NCBI GenBank assembly: GCA_947085205.1
Contig: CAMTVO010000060.1
Location: forward strand, 1 to 29,646
Length of the DNA: 29,646 bases
Source: an uncultured Nitrospiraceae bacterium
Lineage (GTDB): Bacteria; Nitrospirota; Thermodesulfovibrionia; Thermodesulfovibrionales; Dissulfurispiraceae
Direction of reading: 5' to 3'
In this document: piece after piece, positions 18,844-29,646 of the stretch
Position numbering within the stretch: position 1 is the stretch's first letter
Layout: the number at the start of each line of letters is the position of its first letter
The notes under the pieces: model-generated
Told to the model about the DNA's origin: nothing
Seen by the model: only the letters and a program-made list of their open reading frames with translations
Databases searched by the model: none
Program-made: the position numbers and the translations under genes

Positions 18844-19957
18844 TTACTTCTTACCTTTTGTTAATACTTTCAGATAGCCCTCAATAAAAACATTTATATC
18901 CCCGTCAAGGACAGCATCTACATTGCCGACTTCAATATTCGTCCTGTGGTCTTTAACAAGCCTGTAAGGCTGAAGCACATAAGACCTTATCTGGTTACTC
19001 CATGATATCTCCTTTTTGTCTCCAACAATGTCTTCAAGCTTCTGTTCCCTTTCTTTTAAGGATATGTCGTAAAGCCTTGACTTCAATATCTTCATAGCCA
19101 CTTCCCTGTTCCTGTACTGAGATCGTTCGCTCTGACAGGAAATAATGATTCCTGAGGGAATATGGGTTATCCTTACAGCAGAAGAGACCTTATTCACATG
19201 CTGGCCTCCTGCGCCTGATGCCCTAAAAGTGTCTATCTTTAAATCCTCGTCCCTGACTTCTACTTTTATGTCGTCCTCTATTTCCGGATATACAATCACT
19301 GCAGAAAAAGATGTGTGCCTCCTCTTGTTTGCGTCAAAAGGAGAAATCCTTACAAGCCTGTGTATCCCTGCCTCTGCCTTAATATAGCCATAGGCATAAG
19401 GACCTTGGACTGTGAATGTTACACCCTTAATTCCGGCCTCGTCTCCTAATTGTAAATCAGCAATCTCTGTTTTATAGCCGTGGCTCTCTGCCCATCTCAG
19501 ATACATCCTCATTAACATCTGTGCCCAGTCCTGACTCTCTGTTCCTCCAGCGCCCGGGTGTATAGTTACTATTGCATTATTTTTATCGACCTCCCCGGAA
19601 AGAAGCAGTTTTAGCTCTATACTCTCCAGATTCCTTTTGAGTTCGCCGGTCTCTTTTTTAATATCTTCAAAGAATATTTCTCCCTCGTCTTCGCTCAAAA
19701 TTAAAAGGGATTCTTCGAGATATTGAATTTTATTGAGGGCGTTCTCTATGGGCTGTATGGTTTCTTCGATGTCTGATTTTGCTTTTTGTAGGTTCCGTAT
19801 CTTATCAGGAGAAGACCACACGTCTTCAGAGGAGAGTTCCTTCTCGATATTCGATAATTCGGTCTTAAGCTTGTCTACATCAAAGATAACCTCGTAAAGA
19901 GACTATCTTTCCCTTTAATTCTTCAATGTATTCTTTAAGCTCGTTCTGTAAAAGCAT
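18844..19957 (-). CDS. prfB: Peptide chain release factor 2, with programmed +1 frameshift (about 370 aa)
   Basis: SPF and GGQ motifs. Upstream 25-codon ORF MLLQNELKEYIEELKGKIVSLRGYL (SD GGAGG, ATG 19957) ends CGAGGT-TAT-CTT-TGA. The +1 frame DVDKLKTELSNIEKELSSEDVW joins the tracked ORF. Confidence 0.96.
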
Positions 19958-19969
19958 CTTTCCTCCCGA

Positions 19970-21520
19970 TTACTTTCTCCTTATAAACAATAATACAAAA
20001 CAGACAAAGCAGAAATATGAGAATATGTCTCCATATTTTGTATATGGAGTCCGAGCGCTGTCTGTTTTTATATTCCCGACCAAAAAAGTTCTCTTAAACA
20101 ATCCTGTCGTGCTTACTATCCTGCCGCTACTGTCTATAAATCCGGAAATCCCTGTATTCGCAGCCCTTATAACAGGCTTCCTGTTCTCTATAGCCCTGAA
20201 CACGGCCATGCTGAAGTGCTGGTAAGGACCTTGCGTATTTCCAAACCAAGCGTCATTAGTTATCGTAACAATAAAGTCTCCGCCCCTGACATAAAACTTC
20301 CTTACAAGGCCCGGGAATATTATTTCGTAGCAGATCAGGGTGCCGAAACTTCCGAATGGAGTTACTGCCTTGATATAACTGTCTCCGGGAACATAATCCC
20401 CTACTCCCACGACCAGCTTGTCAATAAAGAACAGAACTTTTCTCAGGGGAACATATTCTCCGAAGGGTACCAGATGTATTTTATCATACACATATGAGAG
20501 ATTTCCATTTTTATCGAAGAGCAATGCACTGTTGGTATAGAATTTTCCCGCATTTTTGCTTTTTTCATGCGGCTCTTTTTCAAGAACTCCGCCGAAGAGA
20601 AGATACGCGTTTAACTGTCTCTGAAAGCTCGTAATGTCCTCAGTAAACGCCTTGTCTTTTCCGAAGAAGAAAGGCACAGCGGTTTCAGGCCAGACAATGA
20701 TTTCGGGCTTTTCATTTGCAGCAGCGATGGACAATTCTTTATATGCGTTAATCACCGCATTCTGATAAGACGGGTCCCATTTTTTATCCTGTTCTATGTT
20801 TCCCTGAATTATTGCAGCCTTGATATTTATCCCGTCCCTTTTCTGGTGCAGCCTGTAAAGGCCGTAGGAAAAGGTTGTTATAAGCACTACAAAAAGAGTT
20901 GCGAAGCCTATTATGGTCGGGATAAGGGAATATAGAGGGCGTTCTGTCTTTCGCCTTTTTAACAAAAGCGCATCCGCAAATGCTCCATTAATCGCAACCA
21001 AAAGAAACGATATGCCGTATACGCCTGTAATATCGGCAGCCTGTATGAATGCAAGGAACGTATACTGGCTATATCCGAGGCTCGACCACGGAAAACCGGT
21101 CAGGGCATATGAGCGTATAAATTCCAATACCGTCCAGAAGACAGGCGCCACAAGCATTACAGGCATGTCCGTTTTTCTGATATATGATGCATATAAAAAA
21201 GAGAATAGCGCAGGATAAAGGCTGAGATAAAGGCAGAGCAGTAAAACTATCAAAAGGCTCGGAACAAGTGGGATAGAGCCGTATTCGTTTAAGGAGTAGT
21301 AAATCCAGTAGGTGGTGCCGAAGAAATATACGATTCCAAACACAAGCCCCGCCTTAAATGCGGTCTTTTTGTCCTTGTCGTAAATAAAGACGAGCAGAGG
21401 GATTAAAGCAACCCAGGCAAGGAGGTAAAAATCTATTTTTGGAAAAGAGAGGACAAGCAGAAGTCCGGACAAAATTGCAGGACCATAAAATCGATTGAAT
21501 TTTGCATTAAAAGTGTTCAT
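19970..21520 (-). CDS. lnt: Apolipoprotein N-acyltransferase
   Basis: TGFPW, QGNI, WPETA, YDKIHLVPFGEYVP, ICYE, TNDAWFG, RAANTGIS. Confidence 0.97.
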   Translation of the reverse strand: MNTFNAKFNRFYGPAILSGLLLVLSFPKIDFYLLAWVALIPLLVFIYDKDKKTAFKAGLVFGIVYFFGTTYWIYYSLNEYGSIPLVPSLLIVLLLCLYLSLYPALFSFLYASYIRKTDMPVMLVAPVFWTVLEFIRSYALTGFPWSSLGYSQYTFLAFIQAADITGVYGISFLLVAINGAFADALLLKRRKTERPLYSLIPTIIGFATLFVVLITTFSYGLYRLHQKRDGINIKAAIIQGNIEQDKKWDPSYQNAVINAYKELSIAAANEKPEIIVWPETAVPFFFGKDKAFTEDITSFQRQLNAYLLFGGVLEKEPHEKSKNAGKFYTNSALLFDKNGNLSYVYDKIHLVPFGEYVPLRKVLFFIDKLVVGVGDYVPGDSYIKAVTPFGSFGTLICYEIIFPGLVRKFYVRGGDFIVTITNDAWFGNTQGPYQHFSMAVFRAIENRKPVIRAANTGISGFIDSSGRIVSTTGLFKRTFLVGNIKTDSARTPYTKYGDIFSYFCFVCFVLLFIRRK

Positions 21521-21531
21521 AATTAGTGATT

Positions 21532-21568
21532 AGTGTCAGTGCGTAGATTTCTTTCAGACACTGACACT
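21532..21568. repeat. 10-bp perfect inverted repeat in the divergent lnt/kdsB spacer
   Basis: AGTGTCAGTG (21532-21541) and CACTGACACT (21559-21568), 17-nt spacer. Confidence 0.8.
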
Positions 21569-21593
21569 GTTCTTATGTTATCATAAAAAAGTT

Positions 21594-23992
<2,399 letters not shown>

Positions 23993-23997
23993 AGGAC

Positions 23998-24050
23998 AAA
24001 TAGGAAATAGGAAGTTGAGGAAATTATTTCCTATTTCCCACTTGTTCTTT
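23998..24050. terminator. Hairpin between convergent pyrG and parB (AAATAGG-heptamer element, copy B), possible terminator
   Basis: Perfect 11-bp stem GGAAATAGGAA (24003-24013) / TTCCTATTTCC (24028-24038), followed by a T-rich tail. Confidence 0.6.
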
Positions 24051-24099
24051 AATGGAATATTACGACTGGCAGAAAAGGTTGCAAAAAGGAGAACTTTAA

Positions 24100-24927
24100 T
24101 CAATCCCCCATTAAAATCTCAAGCAGTCTGTCCAGTTCATCGAGGGAATAATACTCTATCTCTATCTTTCCCCTTTTATCTTTGTGCTGGATTTTGACCT
24201 TTGTTCCGAGGGATCTTGTAAGTTTGTTTTCGAGGTCTGCGACTTCAGGCAGTTTCTCTTTTTTCTTCTCGAGCTTTACGGGCAGGGATAATCTTTTGCA
24301 TAATGCCTCTGCTTCCCTTACGCTTAAACCCTTTTTGATAATCTCTTTTGCAGCCTCTATCTGTTTCTGCTTGATTTCAAGGGTCAATATTGCCTTTGCA
24401 TGGCCTATGGAGATGGTCGCGTTGTTAATAAATGCCTTAATTTCATCGGGAAGCTTTAGAATTCGGATATAATTTGCGATGGTTGCCCTGTCTTTGCCGA
24501 CACGCTGGGAAAGCTCTTCCTGTGTCAGATGGAAGTCCTTTAAAAGCCTGTTAAATGCCTCTGCTGTCTCGACTGCATTCAGTTCTTCGCGCTGGATATT
24601 CTCTATAAGGGCTATTTCTATGGCATCCTGAGAGGATACATCTTTGATGAGCGCAGGGATTTTTCTCAGCCCGGCCAGCGCTGCAGCCCTCCATCTGCGC
24701 TCGCCTGCGATGAGCCTGAACGTGCCGTCTCCGACACGGGATACAATCACGGGCTGAAGAATGCCTTTTTCTTTTATCGAGGCTGAAAGCTCCTTTAATG
24801 CCTCGTCTTTGAAAATCTTTCGCGGCTGGTGTTCGTTGCGGATTATTTTTTCTATCTCAAGCCTTATGACCTCTTCCCCCTTTTCAGGAAGAAGGGCCTC
24901 CAGTCCTTTGCCTAATGCAGCTTTCAT
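24100..24927 (-). CDS. parB: Chromosome partitioning protein ParB/Spo0J
   Basis: ALGKGLEALL, QPRKIF, GILQP, IAGERRWRA, ENIQRE, HTH. ATGA overlap with parA. Confidence 0.97.
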   Translation of the reverse strand: MKAALGKGLEALLPEKGEEVIRLEIEKIIRNEHQPRKIFKDEALKELSASIKEKGILQPVIVSRVGDGTFRLIAGERRWRAAALAGLRKIPALIKDVSSQDAIEIALIENIQREELNAVETAEAFNRLLKDFHLTQEELSQRVGKDRATIANYIRILKLPDEIKAFINNATISIGHAKAILTLEIKQKQIEAAKEIIKKGLSVREAEALCKRLSLPVKLEKKKEKLPEVADLENKLTRSLGTKVKIQHKDKRGKIEIEYYSLDELDRLLEILMGD

Positions 24928-25682
24928 TTGTTCAGCATCTCCTTTGCGAGGGATAAATAGCTCTGTGCGCCCTTTGAACGTGCATCATAGAGGATAGCTG
25001 GCTTCCCGTGACTCGGCGCCTCTCCGAGGGTAACATTTCTCGGGATGAGTGTCCGGTAAACCTTTTCCTTGAAGAACTTTTTTACCTCTTCTGCCACTTG
25101 ATGGGACAATATATTCCTTGCGTCGAACATTGTCAAAAGTATTCCTTCGATATCCAGCGCTGGATTGAAAGAACCGCGAACAAGTTTGAGAGTCCTCGAT
25201 AATAGGCCGAGGCCTTCGAGGGAGTAATACTCGCACTGTACGGGGACAATGATAGAATCCGCAGCCACAAGGCCGTTAAGGGTCAACAGGCCGAGGGACG
25301 GAGGGCAGTCGATAAATATATAGCGGTATTTGTCTTTTATTTTTGCTATGGCAGTTGAGAGTATTCTTTCCCTTCCATCCTTCTGAACAAGCTCGACCTC
25401 TACTCCCAAAAGGTCTATATTTGAAGGGACAATATGGAGGTGAGGTACAGATGTCTCGATAATCGCCTCTTCCATCGAAAACTTGCCTGCATAGATGTCA
25501 TAGAGGCTTTTCTGAAGCTCGTCCCTGCTTATGCCGAGACCGCTTGTGAGATTTCCCTGCGGGTCCGTATCTATAACGAGGATGTCTTTTTCAGCAAGGG
25601 CGAGGGATGCAGCAAGATTGACGGTTGTCGTTGTCTTTCCTACCCCGCCTTTTTGATTAGCTATGACGATAATCTTTCCCAT
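24924..25682 (-). CDS. parA: Chromosome partitioning ATPase ParA/Soj
   Basis: NQKGGVGKTTT, DTDPQGN, IDCPPSLG, PVQCEYYSLEG, EAPSHG. Confidence 0.97.
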   Translation of the reverse strand: MGKIIVIANQKGGVGKTTTTVNLAASLALAEKDILVIDTDPQGNLTSGLGISRDELQKSLYDIYAGKFSMEEAIIETSVPHLHIVPSNIDLLGVEVELVQKDGRERILSTAIAKIKDKYRYIFIDCPPSLGLLTLNGLVAADSIIVPVQCEYYSLEGLGLLSRTLKLVRGSFNPALDIEGILLTMFDARNILSHQVAEEVKKFFKEKVYRTLIPRNVTLGEAPSHGKPAILYDARSKGAQSYLSLAKEMLNK

Positions 25683-25715
25683 GAATAGATTATTGTATCA
25701 TTTTTACAGGCATTT

Positions 25716-27485
25716 TCACTGGATATTTTTCATAAACTCTATCCATATTGGGAGCGCTGCCTTTGCGCCGGCCTCTTTCTGTCCAATGGGCTTGTGGTTG
25801 TCCCTTCCTACCCATACGCCAACGACAAGCCTGTCGTCAAAGCCTATGAACCATGCGTCGGAAAAGTCATTTGTTGTGCCAGTCTTTCCATATACTGTTC
25901 TCTTAATCTCCCTTGCCTTTGTTGCGGTTCCCGCCTCCACAACTGCCCTTAAAAGGGTCCTCATCTTATCAACTGTTTCGGGCGCTAAAACGCTCGTGGA
26001 GTAAGGGAAGGTCTCTTCCAGAAGAACGCCTTCCCTGGAGGTTATTTTTTCGTATGTAACAGGCTCTACCCTGTTTCCTATGGCAAATACTCCGTATGCC
26101 GCCGTCATTTCTAAAAGGGTGGCGTCTGAGGCGCCGAGGGCTAACGGCAGATAAGGGTGGAGTGTGCTTTTAATGCCACATCTTTTCGCGATTTCTATAA
26201 TGTTGTTAATTCCAATGTCATATGCAAGGCGCACAGTTGCTGTATTCAACGAAAGGGCAAGGGCTGTTTTCAAAGGCACATACCCGCGATACTCACCGTC
26301 ATAATTTTTAGGAGACCAGATAGTGTCAGGCTTTCCGCCGGGAAATGTTACCGGCTCATCGAGTATCTCGTCAGATTCTGACATGCCGTTTTCGAGGGCT
26401 GCTGCAAATACAAAGGGCTTGAATGCAGAACCCGGCTGCCTTAATGCCATCGATGCCCTGTTAAACTGGGTCTCCCAGAAGTCTGTGCCTCCAACCATTG
26501 CCTTTATATGTCCGCTCCTCGGGTCTATTGCTATCAATGCGGCTTGAATGCCTTTTTTCACACGCTTTTCTATGGAGCTTATGCCGTTAATCACCGCCTC
26601 TTCTGCAATTTTTTGCATGTTGTAATCAATTGTGGAGTATATCCTCATGCCGGATGTGTATACCGAATTTCCATATCTCGCCTCAAGGTGCTGCCTCAGC
26701 AGCTCAACAAAATAAGGGGCTTCATATTTCCTGTAATAAGGCTTTATCGGCATAGGCTCTGCATTAGCCCTCTCGTATTCTTCTCTTGATATGAACCTGT
26801 TTTCGAGCATCTTCTTTAAAACAACCTGTCTTCGCAGTAATGACTTTTCAGGATTTCTAAAAGGAGAATACATTGTCGGCGCTTTCGGAAGTCCAGCTAG
26901 CAGTGCAGACTCTGCAATTGACAATTCAGTTGCTGATTTTCCGAAATAGGTCTGTGCAGCAGCCTCGATTCCATAAGCCCTTGTGCCGAAATATGCCTGA
27001 TTCAGGTACATGCCCATTATTTCATCCTTTGTATAGCGCTTCTCTATCTGAACGGATATAATAGCCTCTTTTATCTTCCTCGACAGACTCTTTTCGGGTT
27101 TCAGAAATAACATTTTGGTCAACTGTTGTGTGATTGTGCTTCCGCCTTCTACTATGCTTTTCGCCATGATGTTTTTATAAAAGGCTCTGAGTATTCCTAT
27201 AACATCCATTCCGGGATGGGAATAAAAGCGATGGTCTTCGATTGCAATGAATGCCTTTTTTATGCGGTCGGGAATGCTGTAAAAAGGAATGAAATTTCTC
27301 CTTTCGAGATAGAGTTCTGCCAGAACCTTTCCGTCAGCAGAATAAACAAAGGAAGATTCCAAAGGCGTATAGCTTTCAAGGGTTTTGACTTCAGGGAGGT
27401 CTGAAATACTCAAATAAACAAATCCTCCAAAGGAGCCGACAAGGACAGACAGAAGTACAATCAGCAGAACTTTTGACCAATGCAT
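25716..27485 (-). CDS. Class A penicillin-binding protein (PBP1A family, transglycosylase + transpeptidase)
   Basis: EDHRFYSH, GGSTITQQL, RKIKE, SxxK (GSAFKP), SxN (SLN), KTG (GKTGT). Start moved to the second ATG (27485) because a TGn-TATAAT lies inside the tracked N-terminus. Confidence 0.93.
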   Translation of the reverse strand: MHWSKVLLIVLLSVLVGSFGGFVYLSISDLPEVKTLESYTPLESSFVYSADGKVLAELYLERRNFIPFYSIPDRIKKAFIAIEDHRFYSHPGMDVIGILRAFYKNIMAKSIVEGGSTITQQLTKMLFLKPEKSLSRKIKEAIISVQIEKRYTKDEIMGMYLNQAYFGTRAYGIEAAAQTYFGKSATELSIAESALLAGLPKAPTMYSPFRNPEKSLLRRQVVLKKMLENRFISREEYERANAEPMPIKPYYRKYEAPYFVELLRQHLEARYGNSVYTSGMRIYSTIDYNMQKIAEEAVINGISSIEKRVKKGIQAALIAIDPRSGHIKAMVGGTDFWETQFNRASMALRQPGSAFKPFVFAAALENGMSESDEILDEPVTFPGGKPDTIWSPKNYDGEYRGYVPLKTALALSLNTATVRLAYDIGINNIIEIAKRCGIKSTLHPYLPLALGASDATLLEMTAAYGVFAIGNRVEPVTYEKITSREGVLLEETFPYSTSVLAPETVDKMRTLLRAVVEAGTATKAREIKRTVYGKTGTTNDFSDAWFIGFDDRLVVGVWVGRDNHKPIGQKEAGAKAALPIWIEFMKNIQ

Positions 27486-27553
27486 AACTATATTATACCA
27501 GCGAGGCATACGGATTTCGCAAAATATGATTGGCTGTTGATATACTATCCATT

Positions 27554-29335
27554 ATGGCATTAGAATTGTCGGAAATTCCCCGCAAGCCGGGAGCCTATAT
27601 TTTTAAAGGCGCAAAGGAAAAAGTCCTTTATGTCGGCAAGGCAAAGAACCTGAGAAACCGCTTAAGGAGCTATTTTCAGGACTCTGCGAACCTCGAACCC
27701 CGCAAGGCAGCGATGGTCAAGATGGTCAGGGACTTTTCTTATATTGTCACGGGCAATGAATTGGAGGCATTAATCTTAGAAGCAAACCTCATAAAGCAGT
27801 ACAAACCGAAATTTAATATCATACTCAGGGATGATAAAAACTATCCCTATATCAAAATCACTACCGCTGAAGAATGGCCGAGGATTGAGATTGTAAGGAG
27901 AATAAAAAAGGACGATAATCTCTATTTCGGCCCTTATGTACCTGCACAGGCCATGTGGGAATCGCTCGCCTTTATAAGAAGAAATTTTTTAATCAGGACA
28001 TGCGGATATTCCCTCGATAAACCGATGAGGCCGTGCGTTCAGCACCAGATGAAGAGATGTTCTGCGCCGTGCGCAGGTCTTATTAGCAGAAAAGAATATA
28101 TGAAGATTATAGATGAAGTAATACTCTTCCTGAAAGGCGAAAAAAAGGAACTGCTCAAGAAACTTGAAGACCGGATGCATGTCCTCTCAGAAGAAATGAA
28201 GTTTGAAGAGGCCGCAAAGATAAGGGACAGGATATTCAGGCTGCAGCGGGCGTTTGAGTCGCAGAAGGTAGTTGCCCCTGAGCTTGGAGACATCGATGTC
28301 ATCGGCTATTTCAGGTACGGCGATGATATAGCAATAAATGTCTTATTTGTGAGGAGCGGGACCCTTATAGGTGCAAGGGATTTCTTTTTAGAAAGGGTTT
28401 TGACATCTGATGATTCGGAAATGATGCACAGCTTTATAGAACTTTTCTATGCAAAGGAGATAATCCCTCCTGAAGTTATTCTGGTCAGTATAATGCCTGA
28501 TGATGCAAGGTCCCTGAAGACATGGCTCAAGAAAAGGAAGGGGGAGAAGGTTAATATCGAGGTTCCTGCGGAAGGGAAGAAACTGGAACTCCTTCATATG
28601 GCAAATGAGAATGCAAGGCTGCACTTAGGTTCAAAAAAGAAATCCACGTTTGATGAGACCGCAACGATACTAAGGGATAGATTGCATTTAACTAAAATAC
28701 CATCATCAATAGGAGCCTTTGATGTTTCAACAATTCAGGGAAGCGAATCCGTTGGGGCCTTTATTTTCTGGGAAAAGGGCGAGTTTAAAAAGGAGATATA
28801 CCGGCACCTCAAGATAAAGGGTGTTCAGGGTGTGAATGACTATTCAATGATAAAAGAGATTGTCGAAAGAATATTATTAAAGACAGAAGACAGACAAAAG
28901 ATGCCACTGCCGGACTTAATCGTTATTGACGGAGGAAAAGGGCAGCTTGAGGTCGCAAGAAAAGTTATGGATGAATTAGGCATAAAAACGGATATTATCG
29001 CTGTTGCCAAAAAGCCCGACAGGGCATGGTTGTTGAATAACAAGATTATTGACCTTGAGGATGGCAGTAAGGCATCGTTGCTCCTGAAGAGGATAAGGGA
29101 TGAGGTTCACAGGTTTGCCATCGGTTTCCACAGGAAATTAAGAGACAAGAGGCTGATGGAATCTCCCCTCGAAAAGATTCCCGGCATCGGCAAAAAGCGG
29201 AGGCTTGAACTTTTGAGGCATTTTGGTAGTATTGATAATATAAGAAAAGCATCGGTGGATGAGATTGCGAAGCTCAAGGGGTTTAATAAAAAGATAGCTG
29301 GGAAAATTTTATATGAAATAAAGGAGAAGGCATGA
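27554..29335 (+). CDS. uvrC: Excinuclease ABC subunit C
   Basis: GIY-YIG (YVGKAKNLRNRLRSYF), DDKNYPY, four-Cys region, DGGKGQ, RDEVHRFA, HhH GIGKKRR. Start moved from the TTG at 27530 to the ATG at 27554. Confidence 0.97.
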   Translation: MALELSEIPRKPGAYIFKGAKEKVLYVGKAKNLRNRLRSYFQDSANLEPRKAAMVKMVRDFSYIVTGNELEALILEANLIKQYKPKFNIILRDDKNYPYIKITTAEEWPRIEIVRRIKKDDNLYFGPYVPAQAMWESLAFIRRNFLIRTCGYSLDKPMRPCVQHQMKRCSAPCAGLISRKEYMKIIDEVILFLKGEKKELLKKLEDRMHVLSEEMKFEEAAKIRDRIFRLQRAFESQKVVAPELGDIDVIGYFRYGDDIAINVLFVRSGTLIGARDFFLERVLTSDDSEMMHSFIELFYAKEIIPPEVILVSIMPDDARSLKTWLKKRKGEKVNIEVPAEGKKLELLHMANENARLHLGSKKKSTFDETATILRDRLHLTKIPSSIGAFDVSTIQGSESVGAFIFWEKGEFKKEIYRHLKIKGVQGVNDYSMIKEIVERILLKTEDRQKMPLPDLIVIDGGKGQLEVARKVMDELGIKTDIIAVAKKPDRAWLLNNKIIDLEDGSKASLLLKRIRDEVHRFAIGFHRKLRDKRLMESPLEKIPGIGKKRRLELLRHFGSIDNIRKASVDEIAKLKGFNKKIAGKILYEIKEKA

Positions 29336-29646
29336 ACATTTACATCTCCGGTTCAATGGCATATGACAGGATTATGGACTTTCCAGGAAGGTTTTCAGAC
29401 CACATTTTGCCTGACAAGATTCATATACTCAATGTATGTTTTACTGTCAATGGTATGGTCGAAAAATTCGGTGGCACTGCCGGCAATATCGCCTATTCCC
29501 TGAGCCTTCTTGGAGAAAAGCCCATAATCATTGCAACCATAGGCAAGGACTATGACAGGTATTTTGAATGGCTGAAGAAGAACAATATTTCTGTTGAGGG
29601 AATCAAGACAATTAACGAAGAATTCACGGCAGGAGCTTACATAACA
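29332..29646 (+). CDS. PfkB family carbohydrate/nucleoside (adenosine) kinase, 5' part, runs off the window
   Basis: Translated by hand: MNIYISGSMAYDRIMDFPGRFSDHILPDKIHILNVCFTVNGMVEKFGGTAGNIAYSLSLLGE... SD AAGGAG, ATGA overlap with uvrC. Confidence 0.9.
   Translation, partial: MNIYISGSMAYDRIMDFPGRFSDHILPDKIHILNVCFTVNGMVEKFGGTAGNIAYSLSLLGEKPIIIATIGKDYDRYFEWLKKNNISVEGIKTINEEFTAGAYIT

Noticed and set aside
24015..24197. 60-aa plus-strand ORF after pyrG
   Set aside because: It starts at a TTG inside the hairpin element and overlaps parB antisense.
23993..29646. parS site near parAB
   Set aside because: I found no good match to TGTTTCACGTGAAACA by eye. TGTTTCAAC at about 28723 is not palindromic. 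A computed scan could still find a degenerate site.

Overview
Chromosomal origin region of a Gram-negative bacterium (kdsB, lnt present). Gene content and style suggest Nitrospirota/Thermodesulfovibrionia-like or deltaproteobacteria-like; this is inference, not a search result. The right two thirds are housekeeping genes: gyrA, gyrB, dnaN, dnaA, oriC, prfB (programmed +1 frameshift), lnt, kdsB, pyrG, parB, parA, a class A PBP, uvrC and a partial PfkB kinase. A collapsed DUF58-family pseudogene lies between gyrB and gyrA. oriC is readable upstream of dnaA, with tandem DnaA boxes, a GC spacer, DnaA-trios and an AT-rich stretch. The left 10.6 kb is a self-contained minus-strand solute sensing and uptake locus. 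In transcription order it holds an unannotated 55-aa CbrX-like membrane peptide, an SLC5-PAS histidine kinase (CbrA/CrbS-like), a sigma54 activator, a cNMP-CBS-DUF294 nucleotidyltransferase, a full sigma54 promoter (TGTTAC sites, IHF site, -24/-12), a second DUF294 paralog, a DEDDh nuclease, a DUF4212 small subunit and an ActP-like symporter whose frame shifts at an A8/A_AAA_AAG site. Other signals are heptamer tandem repeats inserted in frame in several proteins and in intergenic hairpins, and several probable leaderless extended -10 promoters.
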